Shown: positions 19,663 to 30,575, counted from the first letter of the stretch. The stretch: 64,000 nt of DNA from an uncultured delta proteobacterium (GCA_963772655.1 CAVYYE010000003.1:2737341-2801340); one strand, 5' to 3'. Notes: generated by a model from the letters alone, not told the origin. Numbers and translations are program-made.

Positions 19663-22129
19663 TCAGCCCTTGATCTTCTCGTTCTTCGGATCGTAGAGCG
19701 GCCGCAGCGACGCCTTCGCCGGATAGCGCGTGCCCGCGATCTCGACGTCCCACGTGCCACCGTTGACGAACGCCGCGTCGATCGGTGCCTTGTCGGGCCG
19801 CTCGATCATCGCGAGCCCGATCGCACCACCGAGCGTGTGGCCGTAGGACGCCGCGCGGATGTAGCCGAGCGCCACGTCGTCGCGTCGTACGACCTCGGCG
19901 TGGAACATCAGCGGCTCGGGATCCGTGATCAGGATCTGCACGAGTCGCCGGGTCGGCGTCCCGGCCGCCTTCAGCGCGGCGACGGCCTCCTTGCCCTGGA
20001 AGCTCGGCTTGTTCAGATCGACCGCGAATCCGAGGCCGGCCTCGAGCACGGTGTCGGTGTTGTCGATGTCGTGACCGTAGTCGCGATAGCCCTTCTCGAG
20101 CCGCAGGCTGGCGAGCGCCTTGAGACCGGCGTGGACCAGCCCGACCTGCTCGCCGGCGGCGACGATCCGATCGTAGACGTGCGCGGTCTGCTCGGCCGGG
20201 ATGTACAGCTCGTAGCCGAGCTCGCCGAGATAGGTGATGCGGATGCACAGCACGCGCGCGAAGCCGATGTCGATCTCGCGAGCGTGCCGGAACGGAAACG
20301 CCTCGTTCGACATGTCGGCCGACGTCACCAGCGACAGCAATTCGCGCGATCGCGGTCCCTGGATGTTGATCTGCCCGTAGCCACCGGTGACATCGCTGAC
20401 GTGCACCTGCTGCTCGTCGCGCGCGTGGCGGAGCATCCAGTTCTCGACATGGCGATGCACGGTATCCGAAGCCACCACCCAGTAGCGCTGGTCGTCGAGC
20501 TTGGTGACGGTGAGGTCGGCTTGCAGCTTGCCGGCCTCGTCGAGCCACTGCGTGTACGTGATCGTGTTGGCGTTCGCCGTCGACGTGGTTCGCGCTGATC
20601 CAGTTCAACAACGCTCCGGCGTCACGTCCCTCGACGCGAAACTTCGACATGAACGACATGTCCATCAGGATCACGCCCTCGCGCGCGGCGCGATGCTCGG
20701 CGGCCCAGTAGCCAAACCAGTGCGGCCGCTTCCACGTCAGCTCGTGGGTCGGCTCGACGCCCTCCGGCGCGTACCAGTCGGCACCTTCCCAGCCGCTGAC
20801 GTCGCGAAACCCGGCCCGCCGCGCGACCAGCCGATCGTGGAGCGGCGACAGCTTGGCGCCCCGCGCGGTCTGCGGCGTGTGTGTCGGATAGTGGCACTTG
20901 TAGACCATGCCGAGCGACTCGACGGTGCGCGTCTTCCGGTACTCCGGGTTGGACTGGTACGGGTGCAGACGGTCGATGTTCATCCACGTGACATCGATGT
21001 CCGGACGCCCGTGGACGATCCAGTGCGCGACGATCTTGCCCATGCCGCCGCCGGTCAGGATGCCGACCGAGTTGAGCCCGGCGCACACGAAGAAGTTCCG
21101 TAGCTCGGGCGCCTCGCCGACGATCGGCCGTAGATCGGGCGTGAAGCTCTCGGGTCCGCAGAAGAACTTCTTGACGCCGGTCGACATCGCGATCGGCACG
21201 CGCTGCATCGCCTTCTCGACGTACGGCCCCATCCGATCCCAGTCGGGCTGGATCTCGCCGAACGAGAAGTCGTCGGGGATCCGGCCGACGTTCCACGGCG
21301 CGCAGATCGGCTCGAACAGCCCGATCATCAGGCCGCCCACTTCTTCGCGGAAGTAGACGTACGAGCCCGGATCCTCGAGCACCGGCCAGTCCTTCGACAG
21401 TTCCGGAATGCGCTCGGTGATCAGGTAGTAGTGCTCGGCGGCCTGGTTCGGGATCGACACGCCGACCATCTCGCCGAGCTGACGCGCCCACATGCCGGCG
21501 CAGTTGACGACGTACTCGCACTCGATGTCGCCGCGCGCGGTCTTGACGCCGGTGACCCGACGCAACCGACCGTCGCGCACGATGTCGAACCCGGTGACCG
21601 CGGTGTCCTCGATCAGGGTCGCACCCGCCGCGCGCGCCCCCTTGGCGAGCGCCATCGTCACGCCGACCGGATCGGCGCGACCGTCCTCGGCGACGTAGAA
21701 CCCCGCGAGCACGTCGTCGACGTTGGCGAGCGGGAACCGGCGCTTGACCTCCTCGGGTGGGATCTCGTGCACGTCGATCCCCATCAGCCGGTTGAACGCC
21801 GACACGCGGCGATACTCCTCCAGCCGATCGGGATCCGACGCGACCTCGATGAAGCCGGTGCGCCGGAACCCGGTCGACTGCCCGGTCTCCTCCTCGAGGC
21901 GCTCGTACAGATCACAGCTGTACTTGCGCATCCATGTCGAGGTTTCCGACGTGGAACCGAACGTGACCATCAGCCCGGCGGCATGCCAGGTGGTCCCCGA
22001 TGTCAGCTTGTCGCGCTCGAGCAGCACGACGTCTTTCCACCCCATGTGAGCGAGGTGGTACGCGACGGAACATCCGATGATGCCGCCGCCGACGATGACG
22101 ACGCGCGCCCGTGCCGGTAGCTCTGCCAT
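19663..22129 (-). CDS. FAD-dependent oxidoreductase fused to a GcvT-like aminomethyltransferase domain (dimethylglycine/sarcosine dehydrogenase family). The reading frame is broken by a 1-nt frameshift near 20556..20590.
   Basis: The N-terminus is VVIVGGGIIGCSVAYHLA (FAD Rossmann fold). The C-terminal GcvT-like sequence ...TYTQWLDEAGKLQADLTVTKLDDQRYWVVASD... continues in ORF 19663..20478. The two frames join within gtcgacggcgaacgccaacacgatc. Confidence 0.7.
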
Positions 22130-22189
22130 AGCCCGGCAGACTATCAGCACGCCAATCCGCGAGCCGAGGCCCGCGTTGCTATCAGCGGC

Positions 22190-22459
22190 TTACTGGAGCT
22201 TGGCGATGCACTTCCCGGCTTCTTCCATGATCCCCATGATCTTCTTGCCGGTCTCCTCGTCGGGCTCCTTGTCGCCGTAGTCCTTGGCGAGGTCCATGAC
22301 AGCTTCGTCGAGCTTCTTGTTGACGTCGTCGGCACACGCCTTGTCCTTGCAGGCGCAGGCCTCGTCCTTGAGCTTCTCGAGCTTGCCGACGCCACCTTTG
22401 CTGCAGGCGCCGAGGGTGAGGAGGAGAGCGGTGGAGATACCGAGCAGGGTCTTCTTCAT
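22190..22459 (-). CDS. Small lipoprotein (89 aa), Lys/Asp/Cys-rich.
   Basis: The N-terminus is MKKTLLGISTALLLTLGAC (signal peptide plus lipobox). The local GC content is lower than the background. Confidence 0.6.
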   Translation of the reverse strand: MKKTLLGISTALLLTLGACSKGGVGKLEKLKDEACACKDKACADDVNKKLDEAVMDLAKDYGDKEPDEETGKKIMGIMEEAGKCIAKLQ

Positions 22460-22595
22460 GCGGATACTGGACGTAGCTCGATCGGCCATGTCGCGGGAAG
22501 CGACAACATCGGCCAACCGAATTCGGCGCCCCGCTGCAAGCGACGTGGGCTGGCCTACATCCGGCGCGGCAGTCCTCCGATTGTCCTGGAGAAGT

Positions 22596-23009
22596 CTAGG
22601 GATGTGCCGGCGGCGGCACCGGCGGCGGCATCATCGTCGCCCCACCCGGCGCGCCCGGGGCGCCGGGTGCCGGCGTGGAGGGAGCATCGGTCGACGACGG
22701 CTTCTTGATCAGCTTGTCGCGATCGACCTCGACCGTCTCCTCGAGCTTGGCCTTGTCGACCTCGGTCGCGCGGTCGAGGTCGTGGCGCTTGACCCAGTAC
22801 GCGTCCTTGTCCTTGTCGAGCGCGACGTCGAACACGAACTGCTTGCCCTTCTTGTCGGTCACCGTGATCGTGGCGTCCGGCGTGACCTTGCGATTCGGGT
22901 CGGCGGGCGTCGCATCGATCGACGAGACGTTCGACAGGATGGTCTCGATCGGGAACGAGTCGAGCGACTCGCCCTTCGCGAATTCGAGCGGCTTGCCGTC
23001 GATCATCAC
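22596..23009 (-). CDS. C-terminal segment of the DUF4340-like protein. It is probably the continuation of 23006..23764 across a Gly/Ser-linker-coding repeat in which the frame is lost.
   Basis: When this frame is extended upstream it reads SGSGSAAGSATGSGSAAGSGSAAGSGSGSAEPPRTWKVMIDGKPLEF..., a Gly/Ser linker, with one in-frame TGA. The frame-1 tail is Arg-rich noise. Confidence 0.5.
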   Translation of the reverse strand: MMIDGKPLEFAKGESLDSFPIETILSNVSSIDATPADPNRKVTPDATITVTDKKGKQFVFDVALDKDKDAYWVKRHDLDRATEVDKAKLEETVEVDRDKLIKKPSSTDAPSTPAPGAPGAPGGATMMPPPVPPPAHP

Positions 23010-23764
23010 CTTCCACGTCCGCGGCGGTTCGGCGGATCCGCTGCCACTCCCCGCGGCACTGCCGCTCCCCGCCGCGCTACCACTTCCCGTGGCGCTACCG
23101 GCCGCACTGCCACTGCCACTCCACTTCCCACGTCACTCGGAGGTGCCGCTTCCGGCGTGCGATCGAGATCGATCATCGTCGGGCCGCGGGCGATCTGGAT
23201 CCGGTTGACGTCGTCGCGCGGAACCGAGCTGTACTCGTGCGCCACCCATTCGCTCGGCGCCGACGACACGGAGCTCGCCGTGATCCCGGAGGCCGCGAGG
23301 ACATCGGTGGAGTCGGCGAGACGCACCGCGGTGCGATGCAGGCCGGCCGCCGAGCCGATGTAGATCGTGGTGTCCTTGCCGTTGGCGGTGATCACGAGCT
23401 TCTTCTCGAAGTCGTCATCGGCAACCTTGAGCTGCTTGTGGCGGCTCGCCTGGGTGGCGATCGGCTCGCCCGCCGTCATCGTGCCGAGCGGAGCGAGCGC
23501 GTTCGTCACCTTGGCGGTGTCCGCCGGGTAGTTGTACTGCGAGGCCAGCACCCACGAGGTGCCCTTCTTGACGAGGTCGACTTCGGGTTTCGAGCGTCCG
23601 TCCTGGAACACCTGCAGGCGGGTCACCGACGAGGCATCGAAGCCCGCGAGGATCGGCGCCTGCTGGAACGAGACGGTCTCGTCGCTGCGCAACACCGTCA
23701 CGTACAGGGCGAGGGCGACCTGCACGAGGAGGAGCCCGATCAAGATCTTGTTGAGGCGGCTCAC
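23006..23764 (-). CDS. DUF4340-like protein, N-terminal part. This is the usual partner of GldG-type ABC-2 accessory proteins.
   Basis: The GTG start overlaps the upstream TGA in a GTGA arrangement. The N-terminal TM/signal anchor is ILIGLLLVQVALALYV. The sequence goes out of frame in the Gly/Ser-linker repeat at about 23040..23160. Confidence 0.55.
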   Translation of the reverse strand: MSRLNKILIGLLLVQVALALYVTVLRSDETVSFQQAPILAGFDASSVTRLQVFQDGRSKPEVDLVKKGTSWVLASQYNYPADTAKVTNALAPLGTMTAGEPIATQASRHKQLKVADDDFEKKLVITANGKDTTIYIGSAAGLHRTAVRLADSTDVLAASGITASSVSSAPSEWVAHEYSSVPRDDVNRIQIARGPTMIDLDRTPEAAPPSDVGSGVAVAVRPVAPREVVARRGAAVPRGVAADPPNRRGRGR

Positions 23765-26524
23765 GACGCGGCCCCCTTTCCGTCGACGACGGGTTGTACG
23801 CGCTGGCGTCTCATCCACGCGAACCCGATCACGGCACCGAGCAGCACGATGGCGATCACCGCGTTGATGACCTTCCAGTTGTCGCGCTGGTCGGGATCGA
23901 GGGTGATCGCGTGCGCCGTGGCATCGTGCCCGCGGATCGACAGCAGGTCGGTATCGGCGAATGCCCAGTCGACCGCGTTGTGGATCAGGCCGATGTTGGC
24001 GAGCGCGAGGTCTTGCTCGAATTGCTGCGCGTGGCTCATCAGCGCGTCGGTGGCGAACACCGACGAACCGAACACCACGATCCGCGTGTCCTTGGGCGAG
24101 CGCTCGAGGATCGGGGTCTTCGAAATCACCCTTCTTCAGCGAGCTGTGGAACGAGCCGACGATCGACACGGCGAGCGGGTGACTGCCGCGCTGTGCATCG
24201 ACCGGCGGAGGGAACCCCTTCTCGGGATCCGGTTCGACGCTGAGCGACGACGACAGCCACGACTCGTCGGACGACGAGAGCAACACGTCGACGTCGTGCT
24301 CGTCTTCGCCGACCTTCGCCTTGGCCTCGACCGGCGATCCGAAGTGCATCACCGCGCCGGGGATGCCGCCGGTGATCAGCGACGACGACATCTGGTCGCC
24401 GCTGACCTTCACGAAGAACGGATACGGGATCTGCTTGAACTCCTGCACCATCATCCCGCCACCGACGTCGCGCATCTGCGGGATCGGGAACGTCTCGCTC
24501 TTGGTATCGAGCACGAGCTTGTTGTCGACGGCGATGCCCCACGACTCGAACAGCTTCTCGAGGCCCGTGGTCACCTTCTCGATCGAGATGCCGCGCCCCG
24601 GCGCGAGTCGGAACCGCCCGTCGAGAACGACCAGCGAACCGCCGCGCATCACGAACTGATCGATGTTCTTGACCGAGCCGGCATCGAGGTCGGCGGGACC
24701 GCACAACACCAGGACGTCGATGTCGTCGGGAACCCGGCCTCCGAGATCGACGTCGCGGACGTCGTAGTTGCCGGCCAGTGACTGTCGCAGCGACTTGAAC
24801 GACTGCGGTGGTGGCTGGCGCTGCATGCCCTGCGGCCCCGGCGTCGACGGTGCCGGCGGCGTCCACATCCCGACCACCTTGGTGAAGCCCGGTGCGCCGC
24901 GCTTGATGCCATCGACGATCGCCGACTTGAGGCCGGCCTCACCGGTGGTATCGGGGAGCTGGATGCGAACGGTCTTGTCGCCGAGCTCGACGATCACCGC
25001 GTAGTAGTAGTTCTTGCCGCTGAGCAGCTCCGAGTACGGCCGCAGCCCATACTTCTGATACAGGTCGATCATCTCCGACTCGCCCTTCGGCGAGACCGTG
25101 CTGACCGTGAGCTTGCCGCCGGACTCCTTGGCGATCTCGGCGGTGACCTTGTCGAGCTTCTTCTTCGCTCCCTTGAGGTTGTCGGGGAGCGTGTCGGGCG
25201 TGATGTAGACCGTCAGCTTCGCCGTGCCCGGGATCGACGCGAACAGCGACCCCATGCTCGAGAACGCCTCGACCGTCTTCTTGATCGCCTTGGTGAGCTG
25301 GTACTCGTCGTTGCGCAGCGTGATCTCGATCTTGTGGAGCTCGGGCTGTCGGACCTGGATCAGGTCCATCAGGTTGAGCACCTGGTGCTGGTCGCCGTAC
25401 TGGATCGCGATCGAGAAGTACGCGTTGACTACCGAGCGGCCGCTCGTGGTCGCGAACTCCATCGGCGACGGGCTGATGTCGTAGAGCTCCTTGGCCGCGC
25501 GCTTGGCCTCGTCGTCGTCGGTCGGGTCGATGATCTGGAGATCGACCTTGCCGTTGCCCGCGGCCTCGTACTCTTCGAGCAGATCCTTCAATTGCGGGAT
25601 CAGGGGCGCGAGATCCGGGTGGGTGTCCTTGCTGATGTACGCGCGGATGTGGAGCTTCTCGTCGAGCCCGGACACCAGCTTGCGGGTCGTGCTCGACAGG
25701 CTGTACGCGCCGTCCTGCGTGAGATCGATGCGGGCACTCCGCACCGGCGCGAGCCAGACGTCGAGCGCGATCGCGTTGACCGCGAGCAGCGCCACCGTGA
25801 GCAGGAGGTCGAACCGCCGCTTGCGTGCCGGCGGGCTGTTGCCCCACGACACCCGTCCGATCAACACGACGTTGATCCCGAAGCCGACGACGATGATCCC
25901 CGCGTAGTACGCGAGGTCGCGGAGGTCGAGCACGCCACGCGCGACGCTCTCGAACCGCGCGCCGGTTCCGAGCAGCCGGCCGATGTCACCGAGATCGCCG
26001 ATCACGTACGTGAACACGCACACCAGCGCGGTGCCGACGAACGCGACGATCTGGATGCTGGTCGCCGCCGAGATGCACATGCCGATCACGAGGTACGCGG
26101 CCGACAGCAGCAGCGCCGCGAAGTAACCGCCGATCACCGGACCGGTGTCGAGGTTGCCCATGTGCGCGACGGTGAACGGGATGCCGAGCGTGAGGCCGAG
26201 CGCGATCGCGATCAGCAACATGCCGGCGGCGAACTTGCCGGCCACGAGCTTCCAGCGCGGGACCGGTAACGTCAGCAGCACCTCGAGGGTGCCCGCGCTG
26301 CGCTCCTCGGACCACAGCCGCATCGCCAGGGCCGACACCAGGATGATGAGCAGCTTCGGCATCCACTCGAACAGCGGACGCAGATCGGCGAGCCCGCGCG
26401 CGAAGAACTTCTCGTACCAGAAGAACGTGTAGAGAACGCCGACCAGGAACGCGCCGAGGAAGATCAGCGCGACGGCGGAGTTGAAGTAGCCACGAAGCTC
26501 CTTCTTCGCGATCGTCCAGATCAT
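23761..26524 (-). CDS. Fused ABC-2 permease (GldF-like) and GldG-like accessory domain protein. The reading frame is broken by a 1-nt frameshift near 24126..24170.
   Basis: The N-terminal permease sequence is MIWTIAKKELRGYFNSAVALIFLGAFL, with multiple TM segments. A large GldG-like soluble domain follows. The C-terminal TM anchor (WKVINAVIAIVLLGAVIGFAWMRRQR) is encoded in a shifted frame (ORF 23761..24129). Confidence 0.7.
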
Positions 26525-26694
26525 CGTTCACCTCCGCGCGAGCCCCGGCCGGGCATACGTTCGAGCTCGTTCGTGACCGCGCGCTGCGGCCGTGTCTCGC
26601 CTCCGGTCATCGTTCACCTCCGCGCGAGCCCCGGCCGGGCATACGTTCGAGCTCGTTCGTGACCGCGCGCTGCGGCCGTGTCTCGCCTCCAGTC
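26523..26694. repeat. 86-bp tandem duplication (2 copies, 1 mismatch). It covers the whole gldA-gldFG intergenic module, including the SD sequence and start codon.
   Basis: Copy 1 is 26523..26608 and copy 2 is 26609..26694. This is seen directly in the sequence. Each copy, read on the minus strand, is an ATGA-bounded 30-codon mini-ORF (MTGGETRPQRAVTNELERMPGRGSRGGER). Confidence 0.9.
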
Positions 26695-27628
26695 ATCGCA
26701 CCACCTCCTGCTGGGCGAGCTCGCGGAACACGCGCTCGAGGGTCTTCGGCTCGGGCCGCAGCTCGCCGAGCTTCCAGCTGGTGGAGCGCAGCGCATCGAA
26801 CAGCACGGGACACAGCTCGGTGGTCGAGCTCGACGTCACGCGCCAGCGCTTGAAGTCGGTGGGCTCGGGGAGCTCCTCGACCTTCGTGATGCCTTCGATC
26901 TTGCCGAGCCTGTCTTCGACGCCCTCGGCGCCGACCTCGATCGACACGATCGCGGAGTTCGACTCGCGGAGCTCGGCCAGCTTGGCATCGGCGCGAAGCT
27001 CGCCGTTCATGATCACGAGCACGCGTTCGCAGGTGGCCTCGACCTCCGACAGGATGTGGGTCGACAGCAGCACCGTGGAGTGCTCGGAGAGCTGCTTGAT
27101 GAGATCGCGAATCTCGACGATCTGCGCGGGATCGAGACCGGTGGTCGGCTCGTCCAGGATCAGGATCTCGGGCTTGTGGATGATCGCCTGCGCGATGCCG
27201 ACACGCTGGCGATAGCCCTTCGACAGCGTCGAGATCGGCTGGACCACGCGATCCTCGAGCCCGGTCGCCTTGACCACGTCGACGACGCGCGCCCGGCGAT
27301 CGCCGAACGGCACGTCGCGCATCGCCGCCATCATCTCGAGGTACTCCTGCACGAGCATCTCGCCGTACAGCGGCGCGCTCTCCGGCAGGTACCCGATCTT
27401 GTGCTGGGCGCCGGTGCGGTCGGCGACGACGTCGATGCCGTGCACCCGAACCTCTCCCGCGTCGGGCTCGAGATACCCGGTGAGGATCTTCATCAGGGTG
27501 GTCTTGCCGGCGCCGTTGGGCCCCAAGAGGCCGATCACCTCACCCTTCTCGATCTCGAAGCTGACCCCGGCGAGGGCGCGTATGTGTCCGTAAGCTTTTG
27601 ATAATCGTTGCGCGGCGATCGCAGTCAT
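26693..27628 (-). CDS. ABC transporter ATP-binding protein (GldA-like).
   Basis: Walker A is GPNGAGKTT. The ABC signature LSKGYRQR and Walker B ILILDEP are present. Confidence 0.85.
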   Translation of the reverse strand: MTAIAAQRLSKAYGHIRALAGVSFEIEKGEVIGLLGPNGAGKTTLMKILTGYLEPDAGEVRVHGIDVVADRTGAQHKIGYLPESAPLYGEMLVQEYLEMMAAMRDVPFGDRRARVVDVVKATGLEDRVVQPISTLSKGYRQRVGIAQAIIHKPEILILDEPTTGLDPAQIVEIRDLIKQLSEHSTVLLSTHILSEVEATCERVLVIMNGELRADAKLAELRESNSAIVSIEVGAEGVEDRLGKIEGITKVEELPEPTDFKRWRVTSSSTTELCPVLFDALRSTSWKLGELRPEPKTLERVFRELAQQEVVR

Positions 27629-27684
27629 GCGGCCAAACAACCTGCCCTACCGGGCAGCGAATTTCAGCTCCGGGCAGTTTTTTT

Positions 27685-29046
27685 TCAGTGGAAGGTGACC
27701 TCGACCGAGGTCGTCACGATGTTGTTCTGGCCCTGGCCCCGGACGTCCGACGGCGGGTCGGTGATCGAGTCCGTGATCACCGGAACGTCGTACCAGTAGT
27801 GGAGGTACGTCAGCGCGAGCCGCGTTCGGCCCACCGTGTAGCGCACGCCGCTGTGCAAGCCGAGATGGGAGAACGTCGGCGAGTCGAGCGTGAGCGACTT
27901 GGTCGGGGCCGGCGTGTGGTCGCTATGCGCGCCCATCATCAGTTCGACGCCGGGCATCTTCGAGATGTCGTGAACGCGCACGCCACCGGAGATCTGCCAC
28001 GAGTCGTGATAGTCCTTCTGCGTCGTCAGCTCGCGGATCAAGAACGAGCCCATGATGTCGGTGTGGGCCTCGTCGTACTGGCGATACAGCCAGTAGCGGA
28101 ACTCGCTCCCGACCTCGACGTGTGGCGTGACGTCGTAGTTCGCGCCCGCCGCAAACGTCCACGGCAACATCTGCGACGTCTCTTGCCGCGCCTCGGCGTA
28201 GCCTCCCGGATCGGCGGCGTCCTGGCCGTAGGTCAACTTGATCGGGCCTTCGATCTTGGCGTCGACGCGCCCGGTGACGCTGGCGCCCAGCGTGAGGCCG
28301 GGGATCGGGGCCGCGAGCACGCCGACGTTCCAGGTCGGAGCCCACGTCGATCCGGCGAGCTCGAGTCGCGCGTCCGAGCCCAGCACGCTGGTCGCGTCGG
28401 CCCCGGAGATGATCGGATACACGTCCTTCTGGCCCTTGAGCCGCAGGTTCATCACACCGAACCCGGCACCGAACGCGACGTACTTGTTCAGCTGGTACGC
28501 GGCGCTGAGCTGCCCGAGCGGCGAGATCGTGTAGCCGTCGATCAGGTGGTACTTCGTGATCGCGTTCGGGTCGAACTTGGCGCCCGTGCCGTTGGGGACG
28601 TAGGCCGAGAACGCGCCGTACAGCTTGCCCGGCAAGATCTCCGCGGTGACCGCGAGCATCGGGATCACGCCCATCGCGCGCGTCGGCGACACCGTCGGGT
28701 AGTAGCCATCCGCATCGACCGGTGCGTCGATGAACCGGCTGCTCTGATCCCACTCGTGGAGCTGGAAGCTGGCATCGAGCATCGCGAGCCCGAACGATGC
28801 GTAGACCCGCACACCCGGACCGAGCACCAGGCCGGCCGGGTTGTGAAAGACGGCGTTGGCCTCGTCGGGGCGGCCGGTCACGGCCCCCATGCCCGTGCGG
28901 CGCGCGCCGACCTCGGGGATTCCGAAGCCGCCCGCGAACGCCGTGCTCGTGGAGGCGAGGATGGCGATCGCAACAAGTTTCGCTCCGCTCACGGGCCACA
29001 CCAAACCGCGAATCGGCTTCGTGCGTCGCTCGATAGTTCCCGCCAT
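27685..29046 (-). CDS. Outer-membrane transport protein of the FadL/TodX (OMPP1) family.
   Basis: A signal peptide (VAIAILASTSTAFA) is present. The mature N-terminus GGFGIPEVGARRTGMGAVTGRPDEANAVFHNPAGL and a C-terminal aromatic residue are typical of FadL-family beta-barrels. Confidence 0.7.
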   Translation of the reverse strand: MAGTIERRTKPIRGLVWPVSGAKLVAIAILASTSTAFAGGFGIPEVGARRTGMGAVTGRPDEANAVFHNPAGLVLGPGVRVYASFGLAMLDASFQLHEWDQSSRFIDAPVDADGYYPTVSPTRAMGVIPMLAVTAEILPGKLYGAFSAYVPNGTGAKFDPNAITKYHLIDGYTISPLGQLSAAYQLNKYVAFGAGFGVMNLRLKGQKDVYPIISGADATSVLGSDARLELAGSTWAPTWNVGVLAAPIPGLTLGASVTGRVDAKIEGPIKLTYGQDAADPGGYAEARQETSQMLPWTFAAGANYDVTPHVEVGSEFRYWLYRQYDEAHTDIMGSFLIRELTTQKDYHDSWQISGGVRVHDISKMPGVELMMGAHSDHTPAPTKSLTLDSPTFSHLGLHSGVRYTVGRTRLALTYLHYWYDVPVITDSITDPPSDVRGQGQNNIVTTSVEVTFH

Positions 29047-29099
29047 CCCGGCGGTGGCTGGAACTATCGCCAGACGACGTGAGGTCCGGCACCAGCGCA

Positions 29100-30575
29100 T
29101 CACTCGTCGTCCTCGAATGGACTGGTCTCGGTGGTGTCGCCGTCGCTGTAGCGCTTGGCCTCGACGGTGTCATCGCCGGGCTGCGATCCGCGACGAGCTT
29201 GGGGCGGAATCGGTGGCGGTTGTGCGCGGCGTCGTGCGCCCGGTCGCAACGCGCCGAGTCGCGTCCGGACGAACGGCTCGGTCGGTAGCTCGGGGCGCCG
29301 GGCCGTCGGATCGGTCGGTGGCTCGACTTCGGGCCCCGGCGTCTGCTCGGGACTCGCCAGGTCGATTCGTGGTCGCGTCTTCGTCGGATCGGTACCGGGA
29401 TCGATCGGCGTGCTGGTGGTGTCGTCGTAGCCACCGCGACCGGCGGCGACCAACAGCGCGGTCGGGTACGCCTTCTCCTCGGTCGGCGGTTCGACGGCCC
29501 AGTTCGACGATCCGGTCGCGCCGATGTGAAGCTTGGGCTCGGTCTCCGGATCGGAGCTCCACAGTCCGGACCAGTTGACGAACGGCGAGCCGGCGACCGG
29601 CGTGCCGATGTCGAGCGCGTCGCCACTGTCCTCGTCGACGTCGACCTCGAGCTCGAGCTCGTAGCCCGCGTACGGATCGGAGCTGGTCTCCGGTCGCAGC
29701 GATTGCTTCGCGCGTACGACGTCGAGCGTCGAAGCGGACAGGTCGCGTGCGATCGCAGCGATCGAGCGATGCAACGACAGCGCCGATTGCCAGCGATTGT
29801 CGGGATGCTTGGCGACCGCGCGCAACACGATCGCGTCGAGCTCGCTCGGGCACGCCGGATTGAATCGCGAGGGCGGCGGCACCACCGTGTTGTAAATGGT
29901 TTCGATCATGTCCCAGCCGCGAAACTTGAACAGCCGCCGGTTGGTGAGCAGCTCCCACATCACCACGCCCGCCGAGAACAGATCGGCGCGCGCGTCGATC
30001 GACCGCGCGCGCAGCGCCTCGATCGCCATGTAGCCGAGCTTGCCCTTGGCGCGGCCCGAATCCGTCGCGAGGTCGCCGCGGACAGACTTGGCGACGCCGA
30101 AGTCGATGATCTTGAGGTGACCGTCGTCGCTGACCAACAGGTTCGTCGGTGTGAGGTCGCGATGGATGAGCGCGGCGGCGTGTGCGTGATCGAGCGCGTC
30201 GGTGAGCTCGAGCATCAGCGACAGCACCGCGCCGAGCGGGAGCAGCCGCTCGCGCTTGCTCGCGTTGCGCATCAACGTGATCAAGGAGACGCCGCGGACC
30301 AGCTCCATCGCGATGAAGTAGGTGTCCTCGATCTTTCCGAGCTCGTAGATCTGGATGATGTTGGGGTGGCGAAGCTGAGACGCGAGCTTGGCCTCGCGGA
30401 TGAAGTCGCGCAGAACCCGCTCGTCGTCGGCCATGTGCGGGAGCAGCCGCTTGAGGGCGACCTCGCGTTCGATGCCCCCGCCCGCGGCGAGCGTGGCGCG
30501 GTGGACGGTGGCCATACCTCCAGAGCCCACGCACTCGTGGACGACATACGGTCCGAAGCGGGAGTCCGCGTCCAA
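29100..30575 (-). CDS. Ser/Thr protein kinase with an acidic, Pro-rich C-terminal tail.
   Basis: The motifs are GSGGMATVH (Gly loop), ALK, HRDLTPTN and DFG. The MVP gene lies divergently upstream. Confidence 0.8.
   Translation of the reverse strand: MDADSRFGPYVVHECVGSGGMATVHRATLAAGGGIEREVALKRLLPHMADDERVLRDFIREAKLASQLRHPNIIQIYELGKIEDTYFIAMELVRGVSLITLMRNASKRERLLPLGAVLSLMLELTDALDHAHAAALIHRDLTPTNLLVSDDGHLKIIDFGVAKSVRGDLATDSGRAKGKLGYMAIEALRARSIDARADLFSAGVVMWELLTNRRLFKFRGWDMIETIYNTVVPPPSRFNPACPSELDAIVLRAVAKHPDNRWQSALSLHRSIAAIARDLSASTLDVVRAKQSLRPETSSDPYAGYELELEVDVDEDSGDALDIGTPVAGSPFVNWSGLWSSDPETEPKLHIGATGSSNWAVEPPTEEKAYPTALLVAAGRGGYDDTTSTPIDPGTDPTKTRPRIDLASPEQTPGPEVEPPTDPTARRPELPTEPFVRTRLGALRPGARRRAQPPPIPPQARRGSQPGDDTVEAKRYSDGDTTETSPFEDDE

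Noticed and set aside
20622-21521. 299-aa minus-strand ORF inside the DMGDH-like gene region.
   Set aside because: It is an off-frame translation (Arg-rich) of the same strand. The true frame gives FAD-oxidoreductase motifs.
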